Source: Fidelibacterota bacterium (GTDB taxonomy: Bacteria > Fidelibacterota > Marinisomatia > Marinisomatales > S15-B10). Taken from it: a DNA stretch of 14,957 nt. Every line of letters begins with the position of its first letter. Position 1 is the first letter of the stretch. The position numbers were made by a program, and so were the translations under genes. Positions 1 to 7,001 of this stretch are shown in pieces. The stretch spans positions 1-14,957 of the forward strand of contig JBHIAI010000038.1 of NCBI GenBank assembly GCA_046861655.1, in the 5' to 3' direction. The notes beneath the pieces were generated by a model that did not search any database, was not told the origin of the DNA, and saw only the letters and a program-made list of their open reading frames with translations.

Positions 1-2
1 CC

Positions 3-275
3 CTGATGGCACATATGTGGTTCGCGGACGGGATCTATGACTCCAGCGAAGCCTACTGGGGATCGAACCTGGGAAAGATGGGCTTGAACGAAACCAGCGC
101 ATTTTTGCCGGCGTGGATCATCCTGGATGTTGGCGTAGGGGCACTTGCAACTGCCGGAAACTGTGCCTTCAACCCCGACCAGTGCGCCAGTCTCAGCGAG
201 ATTGCTCTTCAGTTCATCGTCTTTGGTGCTACCGCCAGTGTCGGAAACAGTCTGACTCGAATACTCTTCCCGTAA
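3..275 (+). CDS. 3' end of a hypothetical protein with a hydrophobic C-terminus (probably 5'-truncated by the window edge)
   Basis: The frame is open from position 3 (CTG) through ATG 6 to TAA 273-275. Two hydrophobic stretches (AFLPAWIILDVGVGALATA; IALQFIVFGATASVG). No family recognised. Confidence 0.5.
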   Translation: MMAHMWFADGIYDSSEAYWGSNLGKMGLNETSAFLPAWIILDVGVGALATAGNCAFNPDQCASLSEIALQFIVFGATASVGNSLTRILFP

Positions 276-299
276 CGCTGATCCAGGAGAAGTGGGCAC

Positions 300-524
300 A
301 TGACGAGAATATTGGAGATGATCATAATCGCCTTGTTTGGGACGGCAACTTGGCTCATTTGTGAAAAGACGATCTGGCGAGGGTGGCCTACGATTGCACG
401 GGAGTGGAGTTGGAAACAATGGTTGAAATGGTTGATCTACCCGGGATTCTATCTCGGGCTTCTCTTCATCTGGCTGACGCTGGTAGCCGTCATGAAGACC
501 GTCCGGGACCTGTGGTTTCAGTAG
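300..524 (+). CDS. Small hypothetical membrane protein (74 aa, ~2 TM helices, Trp-rich)
   Basis: AGGAG at 285-289 lies 10 nt before ATG 300. Two hydrophobic segments (MIIIALFGTATWLI; LIYPGFYLGLLFIWLTLVAVM). Follows the upstream ORF by 24 nt on the same strand. Confidence 0.6.
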   Translation: MTRILEMIIIALFGTATWLICEKTIWRGWPTIAREWSWKQWLKWLIYPGFYLGLLFIWLTLVAVMKTVRDLWFQ

Positions 525-542
525 TGTAGCGGACCGTCTTCA
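493..542. repeat. Inverted repeat/hairpin H0 spanning the stop codon of the 74-aa ORF
   Basis: tgaagaccgtccg (493-505) pairs with cggaccgtcttca (530-542) at 12 of 13 positions. The 24-nt loop contains TAG 522-524. Confidence 0.7.
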
Positions 543-579
543 CCCGGGGGACGGGGATTCGCCGCACCCTCCAAACGAG

Positions 580-607
580 GAAGGCAGGCTCGGGGAAGCC
601 TGCCTTC
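580..607. repeat. Hairpin H1 (perfect 11-bp stem; possible terminator or ncRNA helix)
   Basis: gaaggcaggct (580-590) / agcctgccttc (597-607), loop cgggga. No clear U-tract on either side. Confidence 0.8.
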
Positions 608-616
608 TGGACTGAA

Positions 617-654
617 GGTTATCGGTACTTCATCAAAGACGAGTACCGATAACT
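617..654. repeat. Hairpin H2 (perfect 12-bp stem plus flanking G-U pairs)
   Basis: gttatcggtact (618-629) / agtaccgataac (642-653). G617-T654 and T630-G641 extend it as G-U pairs on the + strand. Confidence 0.8.
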
Positions 655-663
655 CCCAGCAAC

Positions 664-702
664 CGGTGGGAAATTAGTCCATCCCCGACTGATTTCCCAC
701 CG
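664..702. repeat. Hairpin H3 (16-bp stem, one G-U)
   Basis: cggtgggaaattagtc (664-679) / gactgatttcccaccg (687-702), loop catcccc. Confidence 0.8.
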
Positions 703-847
703 AATTCCGGGGGGCTACAGCAACCTTCCCACTCAGGTCGTTAAACCCCACGGCCATCCCGGCACCAAATCTCGAACGCAATATTCCTCAGATTAGACTA
801 ATTTCTGGCGTGAATTGGGATGAATCCACACGATACAAGGAGGGGAT

Positions 848-3835
848 ATGCCCATGAAACTCTCGCAACTGGCGGCCATTCTGCTGGCCTGGGGGACACT
901 TCTACCCGGACAGGGGACCTGGTTGATGAACGGCCGAACCCATCCAGAACTTCAGTGGTCCACCCTTAAGACAGACCACTTCAACGTCCACTACCACAAC
1001 GGGATTGAAGAGATCGCCGCGAAAGGAGCCGCCATCGCCGAAAAGATCCGACCGGACCTGCTGAAACAGGCAGGACTGGACTCGGTTCCCACCATCGATA
1101 TCATCTTCACCGCGGAAGATGAAATCATGAACGGATACGCCATGTGGTCATACCAGACGTTCATCTGGGTAGACCAGAACGATGCCGTCATCTGGCTCGA
1201 GGATGAAAAGTGGCTGTACCAGGTCATCGCCCATGAACTGCAGCATATCGTTCTCATCCATGCCGTCAAAACCTGGATACCACAACCCTTTGACTTTTTG
1301 ATCTCCGGTATGCCAGGGTGGTTTGTGGAGGGGTCCGCCGAATTCTTCACCGAGCGATGGCGCCCCTATCGATCCGATTTGACCCACAAAACCCATGTAT
1401 TCAAGAAACGGGTCGAGGAAATCCGCGATCCTCATGCCCACGGCTATTCCAAGATGCTTTACTGGGCGGACCGGTTCGGCGATTCGACCATCGTGAAAGT
1501 CGTCCAACACAGGAACAAGCTGGGACTGTTCCGCTTCAAAAAGGCTTTCAAGGAAGCCACGGGAGTGGAGCTCAAGCAGTTTGAGGAAGACTGGCGACGG
1601 CTCATGAATACCTACTTCTACGGCTACCGGTCCCAGAAGGAAACTTTTGAAGAGGTGGGGAAGACATCCTCCCTTCCGGCTAAAGAAGCATTGTGGTTTG
1701 CTTTCTCACCCGATAGTCTGAAGATCGCCCTGGTGGGCAGAAGGGACGGGGATCAGTACGATCATTCGCTCCTGTTGGTGGAACTGGACACCACAAAGCC
1801 TGAGCCTGGATGGATGGAAAAACTCCTCCCCTTCAAGAAGGACACGACAGAGGAGAAAAAACGAAAACCAAAATTCGACGTTGATGAACTGGACTACGGT
1901 GTCCTGGGCCGGGGAATCTCCTGGTCCCCCGATGGAGCTCGCCTGGCCTATGTCAAATACCGCTACGGCGACCGCGGCTCTCTTATCTGGGGCATCCGGG
2001 TGGTGGATGTGGAAACACAAAAGGGGAGATGGCTCACCGGGAGAAACCTCAGAGCCGCCCATCCCGATTGGTCCCCGGACGGCCAACGAATCGCATTCGT
2101 GGCTCATGAGGCAAGCACCTCAAATCTATTCACCGTTAGTCCAGACGGGGAGGACATGAAGCAGCTCACGTCATACACCAGTGATACCCAGATTGTGACT
2201 CCTCGGTGGTCCCCGGACGGCAAGAGAATTGCCTTTGGACTGTCGGGTCCCGACGCCAACTGCGATATTCACGTCCTGGACCTGGAAACAGGCCAGGTCC
2301 AACAGGTGACCACCGACCCGGGTGTGGATTACCTGCCCGTATGGCACCCGGACGCGAAGAAGATCACCTTTACCTCACACAGGGGCTCGACGCCCAACCT
2401 CCACACGGTGGATCTCTCCACCGGTGAGACCATCCAGAATACGGATGTGGGGGAAGCCGTATGGGCCGTTCAATGGACTCCCTCGGGCCAGACCGTTACG
2501 GCTCTCACCCTGGATGATGTGGACAGTATCCGGATAGTCGAAGTGGACCCGGGAAGGGAAAGGGTCACCGGCGATTCGACCGTTCGAAAACCCTTTGCCC
2601 GCTGGCGGAGCCAGGGTCCGAAGACCGTGTTGGCCCGGGTCGGAACACAATCCCTGGTGGACGCCGCTGAATCCACGCCCTACAGGTTCTACAAGTTTCC
2701 CAAGCACCTGACAAGCATCGCTCTGCCGTACCTGGATTTCACGGGAGTGATGGGTCTGACCATCTGGACCGACGCCCTGGGCAGGCACGTGTTCCAGCTG
2801 GCAGGCGGCACAACCTGGGATGGAAAAGACCTGGATCTCCTCCTGGGATACATCAATGCCACCAGCGGTCCTTTCTGGGGCATCAATTACTTCCGCGACA
2901 TCCGGTTCAACCTCAGGCCCTACGATGAGAGTAAGAGCTGGTTGTTCGAACGCCTGGACGGATGGCAGGTGTTCGTGTCCTCCCCTTTCAATTTTGGGAA
3001 CTCCCTCTCCTCACACCACCTCATCCAGGCCAACCTGTTCATTCAGACCAGGCAGGCTGAAGCCCTCTACGACTCGGTGGATGCCCGGGGAAAGACCTAT
3101 CCGGAACTGTATGTGTCCAAAGGGCTTCCCACCCCACAGTCGGGAAAAGAGGGGATTCTGTCGCTGGCGTACCTGTGGCTCAAACGCCGTCCCCACAAAC
3201 AAAATCTCACCCTGCCGCACCAGGGGTGGGGCATCCTGGCCGTAGGGGATCTTGCCAGTCCCGCCGTGGCGGGATACGGGGATTTTTCCTACCGGAGGCT
3301 CACCCTCGATTCCTTCACGAACGTGCCCCTGGGACCCCTGACGTTTTTCGCCCGGGGAAAAGCAATCCTTCTTGAGGGGAGTCCCCCCGCCCAGGAATAC
3401 GTGGGACTTTCCAATGATCCTCCCATCTATTTCCCCTGGGCTCAAGGGCAGAACCTTGGCGGCGTGATGGGTTTCGTGGAAAACCATAACCCCCGGGGAT
3501 GGGAGGGCATCCGTCTGGGCAATCGACTGATTTTCGGGACCCTGGAACTGCGGTTTCCCGTGCTGCCGGAATTCCCCGTGATCAATGTGCTGGGCCTGAC
3601 CTTCGGGTCCACCACCGCAGCCCTGGTAACAGACATAGGGAATGCCTGGAATGCTGGAGAAGACAGGGACCCATGGGTAATAACAGGAGGTTACGAAGGG
3701 AAGATCGCTCTGAATATGGGAGAGGCCACCCTGGCCATCGTCGCTGTGGGCCGGGCACAGACCCTGGATGACTGGAAGTCAGAAAGACGCCCCGAAACGA
3801 TCTACGCCCGGCTCGCCCTGATCAATCCGTTCTGA
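848..3835 (+). CDS. Outer-membrane Omp85/BamA-TamA-type barrel protein with N-terminal gluzincin-like (HExxH) metallopeptidase domain and TolB/PD40 beta-propeller
   Basis: SD AGGAGG at 838-843 (start ATG 848 or 854) and an N-terminal signal peptide. HELQH (aa 129-133) plus WFVEGSAEF. Repeated WSPDG/WHPDA/WTPSG motifs. C-terminal NPRGW, GNRLIFGTLELRFP, TDIGNAW and terminal Phe (LALINPF) fit Omp85-type barrels. Confidence 0.85.
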   Translation: MPMKLSQLAAILLAWGTLLPGQGTWLMNGRTHPELQWSTLKTDHFNVHYHNGIEEIAAKGAAIAEKIRPDLLKQAGLDSVPTIDIIFTAEDEIMNGYAMWSYQTFIWVDQNDAVIWLEDEKWLYQVIAHELQHIVLIHAVKTWIPQPFDFLISGMPGWFVEGSAEFFTERWRPYRSDLTHKTHVFKKRVEEIRDPHAHGYSKMLYWADRFGDSTIVKVVQHRNKLGLFRFKKAFKEATGVELKQFEEDWRRLMNTYFYGYRSQKETFEEVGKTSSLPAKEALWFAFSPDSLKIALVGRRDGDQYDHSLLLVELDTTKPEPGWMEKLLPFKKDTTEEKKRKPKFDVDELDYGVLGRGISWSPDGARLAYVKYRYGDRGSLIWGIRVVDVETQKGRWLTGRNLRAAHPDWSPDGQRIAFVAHEASTSNLFTVSPDGEDMKQLTSYTSDTQIVTPRWSPDGKRIAFGLSGPDANCDIHVLDLETGQVQQVTTDPGVDYLPVWHPDAKKITFTSHRGSTPNLHTVDLSTGETIQNTDVGEAVWAVQWTPSGQTVTALTLDDVDSIRIVEVDPGRERVTGDSTVRKPFARWRSQGPKTVLARVGTQSLVDAAESTPYRFYKFPKHLTSIALPYLDFTGVMGLTIWTDALGRHVFQLAGGTTWDGKDLDLLLGYINATSGPFWGINYFRDIRFNLRPYDESKSWLFERLDGWQVFVSSPFNFGNSLSSHHLIQANLFIQTRQAEALYDSVDARGKTYPELYVSKGLPTPQSGKEGILSLAYLWLKRRPHKQNLTLPHQGWGILAVGDLASPAVAGYGDFSYRRLTLDSFTNVPLGPLTFFARGKAILLEGSPPAQEYVGLSNDPPIYFPWAQGQNLGGVMGFVENHNPRGWEGIRLGNRLIFGTLELRFPVLPEFPVINVLGLTFGSTTAALVTDIGNAWNAGEDRDPWVITGGYEGKIALNMGEATLAIVAVGRAQTLDDWKSERRPETIYARLALINPF

Positions 3836-5819
3836 GATTCTCTTGAATCCTCTCCGGGCTGACGCCTTTTACTTCGAGCACCTTTCTGACCCTGGAACGA
3901 CCCAGAAGATCCACGAATTTGGGGTCCTTCAACCTTCTCGACAACTTGGGGTGCTTCCACCCTAACTTCTCCTCCGCCCGGGAGATGACCCACCCCGTTT
4001 CCATCAGGGCCAGCATGCTCATGACAAACTCCAGCTCCACCATGGTCAGGTCCCTGTAGGGATCGTATCCCACGTAGGGAATATCCGTCCCTTCCGGGAA
4101 CTGCCGCTGGTCCTCCGATTCCTCCACCTCAGGCGCTTCCGCATAGATCTCCGACTCGTACACCTCCCGGACCCGGGTGGGAAGGGTCTCAAAAGTCAGG
4201 GTGAAAGGCTTTCCCGGATTCCAGTACCACTGAATGCATTCGCTCAACGTATTCACCAGTTCTCTGGCGTTGCCCGGCAGAGAATACATCTGGAGGGCCC
4301 GGATAAACTTGTTCTCCACCTGGATTTCAGCATCATTTTCCCGGTTGAAGTCCTCCAGAAATCGCCGGACGATGGTCCCGATGTCCGACTTCCTCTCCCT
4401 CAAGGAAGGGATGTAAATCACATGGGGAAACCGCCACCTGAGGTCGCTGCGAAAAACCTCCTCATTATCGATGTCCCGGTTGGTGGCGGCGATAAGGCGG
4501 GTGCAGGAAATGTCCACGTCGTTGTTCTGCCCCACCGGCCTCACCTTCTTGCTGTCGATGGCGTTCAACAACTTGGCCTGAACCGACTTTGGAATCTCCG
4601 CAATCTCATCCAGAAGAACGGACTTGGTCCAGTAGATGGCGTCGGATCCCTGCTGCCTGATCTTCCTGTCGACCCGGTGTTTCCTTGTGAGCTCCTTCCT
4701 GTCGATCAGGACATACCCGAATTTTCCGCTCACATCGGTCGCAGAGCGGCTGGCGATCCCGAAAATCTCCGATTCAAAGAGGGTGGGCGTGATGGAGGCA
4801 GTGTTGACGATGTCAAGCTCCCGGTCATACTCAATCCGACCTCCGCGCCCTCCCGCCTTAGCCGGATCATCCTGAATGACCTCCCTGCCCGAGTTGTCCT
4901 TGCCCCACTTGTGGTTGGAGAGTTTGCCTGGGGACACGCTGGAGTGCCACCGGGAATTGCGGGCGATGAGCGTTGCAAGGGTCGTCTTGCCGGTACCGCT
5001 CTCCCCAAGGATCAAGATGGGATTGCTGGAATGACACGCCTTGGCGGTTTGCATGCACACGGTCTTGCTCACGTTGGAGTCCCCCCACCACTCTTTCTGG
5101 AGATTCTCGAAGGTGACAACCTCGTCTTCCGTCAGAAGGATCTGGGGGACCTTGATGTGAAACACGGCGTTGTCGTTGAATGTCAGGTCCCGGGAGAGCT
5201 TGGCCGCCACATCCCGGATCTTATCCAGGTCGTATCCCGTCGATTCCTGAGAAAAATCGGTAATGAATTCATAAGGCCGTCTCCGCCAGTCCATCTTGTT
5301 CATGACCCGGAGTATTCCCCGGATCCCTCTCACGAAAATCGGAATGGCGATGAGGCTCTTGAGCTGACGTCCAAGAAGGTATTTTCTGTACTCCGATTCG
5401 TACGCCGCCCGGTGAGGAAAACTGTACTCCATGGGGGAAACGCGGTCGAAATCCTGTACCGTGGTCAATTCAATGTGGTTGGCCGAGGAACCGGAAAGAC
5501 TCTTCACATCGGGGGGATAACTGTTGATGATTCGGTTTTTTGAACTCACCTGGGGCTTGAACCGCCACACGTCGCCCGCCACACGACCGCATTTGCTCTC
5601 CAGTTCCTCCAGGTCCAGGCGGATCTGCTCCTCCAGGTCGCGAGGTTCACCGCGCAGCCGGTAATTGGACCTCAAGATCGTGGGATCAATCCTGATGAGA
5701 AGGGCCTGCCTCACCAGACCCTGACCGTCTTCATTCAAGAAAACCTCGGCGGTCTGATACCCGAAATCATTGTTCACCAGTTCCACCAGATAGCTGTCGA
5801 AGAATCGTTGGTCAAACAT
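3822..5819 (-). CDS. Sigma-54-activator-like (bEBP/NtrC-family) AAA+ regulator: N-terminal GAF-like domain, AAA+ with degenerate GAFTGA loop, C-terminal Fis-type HTH
   Basis: Walker A GESGTGKT (aa 272-279), ESEIFG, Walker B LLDEI, QAKLL, RLIAATNR, FRSDLRWRF, PSLRERKSDI, LPGNAREL. GAF-type KSLIAIPIFVRGIRGILRVMNK. HTH-like ALMETGWVISRAEEKLGW. SD GGGAGG 11 nt upstream. Confidence 0.88.
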   Translation of the reverse strand: MFDQRFFDSYLVELVNNDFGYQTAEVFLNEDGQGLVRQALLIRIDPTILRSNYRLRGEPRDLEEQIRLDLEELESKCGRVAGDVWRFKPQVSSKNRIINSYPPDVKSLSGSSANHIELTTVQDFDRVSPMEYSFPHRAAYESEYRKYLLGRQLKSLIAIPIFVRGIRGILRVMNKMDWRRRPYEFITDFSQESTGYDLDKIRDVAAKLSRDLTFNDNAVFHIKVPQILLTEDEVVTFENLQKEWWGDSNVSKTVCMQTAKACHSSNPILILGESGTGKTTLATLIARNSRWHSSVSPGKLSNHKWGKDNSGREVIQDDPAKAGGRGGRIEYDRELDIVNTASITPTLFESEIFGIASRSATDVSGKFGYVLIDRKELTRKHRVDRKIRQQGSDAIYWTKSVLLDEIAEIPKSVQAKLLNAIDSKKVRPVGQNNDVDISCTRLIAATNRDIDNEEVFRSDLRWRFPHVIYIPSLRERKSDIGTIVRRFLEDFNRENDAEIQVENKFIRALQMYSLPGNARELVNTLSECIQWYWNPGKPFTLTFETLPTRVREVYESEIYAEAPEVEESEDQRQFPEGTDIPYVGYDPYRDLTMVELEFVMSMLALMETGWVISRAEEKLGWKHPKLSRRLKDPKFVDLLGRSRVRKVLEVKGVSPERIQENLRTD

Positions 5820-5845
5820 GATGCGTTACGCCTCCCGGCTTATTT

Positions 5846-5887
5846 CAAAGTGCAAAGTGCAAAATGGAAAGTGAAAAACTCAAAGAT
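5846..5887. repeat. Degenerate tandem heptamer repeat (consensus CAAAGTG, 6 units)
   Basis: caaagtg caaagtg caaaatg gaaagtg aaaaact caaagat, read directly from the sequence. Confidence 0.75.
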
Positions 5888-5925
5888 GAACCCCTTGTGC
5901 TCCGACCCGTTCATCTTGACGAGGA

Positions 5926-6894
5926 CTAGTAGTTCTCCAGGGAATCGTACAGAATGATGAGAATACTCTTGTCCTTTACCGTCCGGGCCAGACTCAGGGC
6001 CACCGACAGGGAAGCGGCCGAGGTGTGACCCACATACAGGCCTTCCAGTTCAATCAACAACCGGAGAGCGTGTTCCCACTCCTCGGGAGAAACCGCATAG
6101 GTGTCGTCGATAAGGCTCACATCGATAAAGGGAAAAGAGATGCCCCAAGCACCGATTCCGTACAGTTCATGGGTGCGGTAACCGTTGAACGCGTCGTTCA
6201 CTCCCTCTATGAGATGCTTTACTACAGGCGCTTCCACAGGATCAAGGGCGATGGTCCTCGACCTCCACTTCTTCTTCAACACGGAACTGATCCCCGCCAT
6301 GGAAATCCCGTTTCCCACGGCGGAAACGAAAAAGTCGATCCCTCCGTTCACCCCGGTAAGATCGGACACCACCTCCCAGCCGCATGCCTCCATCGCTTCC
6401 ACACTCTGGATCACCTGGGAGTGATTAAGACAGAATAACCGGGTGAAATCATCTTCAGGCTTTTTCGCGTGATCCTCCTTCAGCATGTCCCTGAGAAGCC
6501 TCTGTGTCCCCAGAACGTAATCCGGGTCATGGGTACGGTAGAGATTCGGGGTGTAGGTCAAGATGTTCGATATCCTGTTCTCCGGCAGATTGCCCGGAAC
6601 CACAATATGGGTTTCATAACCCAATTTTTTCCCTACATAAGCACAGGCGGCACCGGCACACCCCGACGTGTTCTCGATGATGGGCGTCACGCCCGGCCGT
6701 ATCTTCTTCTCTTCCAATTCGTAGTGGCGGTACAACCGGTAGTACACCCGGTCATAGTGGGACCCCGAAGGGTTCTGAAACTCATGCTTGCAGTATATGG
6801 TATTCCCGTTGGGTACGTCCAGATGCCGCAAAGGGACCAGCGGGGTGTGACCGATTGTCCGGCCAAGTTCATCATAGAGAGAAGTTCTGTTCAT
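5926..6894 (-). CDS. Cysteine synthase/cystathionine beta-synthase-like PLP fold type II protein, atypical (Schiff-base Lys replaced by Tyr)
   Basis: IGHTPLV, KHEFQNPSGSHYDR, IIENTSGCAG, FVSAVGNGIS, HELYGIG, EGLYVGHTSAAS and ILYDSLENY match the CysK/CysM motifs in order. Length 322 aa. Confidence 0.85.
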   Translation of the reverse strand: MNRTSLYDELGRTIGHTPLVPLRHLDVPNGNTIYCKHEFQNPSGSHYDRVYYRLYRHYELEEKKIRPGVTPIIENTSGCAGAACAYVGKKLGYETHIVVPGNLPENRISNILTYTPNLYRTHDPDYVLGTQRLLRDMLKEDHAKKPEDDFTRLFCLNHSQVIQSVEAMEACGWEVVSDLTGVNGGIDFFVSAVGNGISMAGISSVLKKKWRSRTIALDPVEAPVVKHLIEGVNDAFNGYRTHELYGIGAWGISFPFIDVSLIDDTYAVSPEEWEHALRLLIELEGLYVGHTSAASLSVALSLARTVKDKSILIILYDSLENY

Positions 6895-6906
6895 ATTGAC
6901 TATGCG

Positions 6907-6935
6907 AAACTATGAGGTGAAAGGGAACAAATCAA
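6907..6935 (-). promoter_or_regulatory. Putative sigma-70 promoter for the - strand cassette
   Basis: On the - strand, TTGATT (6935-6930), 17 nt, then TAGTTT (6912-6907), ending 12 nt before ATG 6894. No SD in between. Confidence 0.45.
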
Positions 6936-7001
6936 GATTTTCTTGGATCTGGTGATTAATGGAATATTTTGGTATATTTCTTGTGTTTGACTGCATCATC
7001 G

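Noticed and set aside
540..610. HDV-like ribozyme on the - strand (TTCCTCGT ... GGCGAAT)
   Set aside because: L3- and J4/2-like words are present, but I could not build P1, P2 and P3 in the required order.
580..702. CRISPR array or integron attC sites
   Set aside because: The hairpins share no repeat sequence, there is no cas or integrase gene in the window, and there is no convincing RYYYAAC/GTTRRRY box arrangement.
545..780. RNase P RNA, tmRNA, SRP RNA, cobalamin riboswitch or tRNA (GAGGAAGGCAGGCTC; ...CGGCACCA)
   Set aside because: Only superficial word matches: no GAGGAAAGUCC with matching 3' P4 strand, no T-loop, no SRP or B12-box core.
805..820. Second sigma-54 promoter (CTGGCGTGAATTGGGA) before the Omp85 gene
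   Set aside because: The -12 position reads GA rather than GC at the required spacing.
4422..5543. 373-aa + strand ORF
   Set aside because: Antisense shadow of the AAA+ regulator; no recognisable motifs. Long shadow ORFs are common in GC-rich genes.
3822..6894. Cassette as a mobile element or low-GC island
   Set aside because: No transposase or integrase, no terminal repeats or target duplication seen. Spot checks of base composition did not show a clear shift.
5926..6894. Calling the gene cysK/cysM, or a pseudogene
   Set aside because: The catalytic Lys is absent, so the symbol is unsupported. The ORF is full-length with no stops or frameshifts, so pseudogene is unsupported too.
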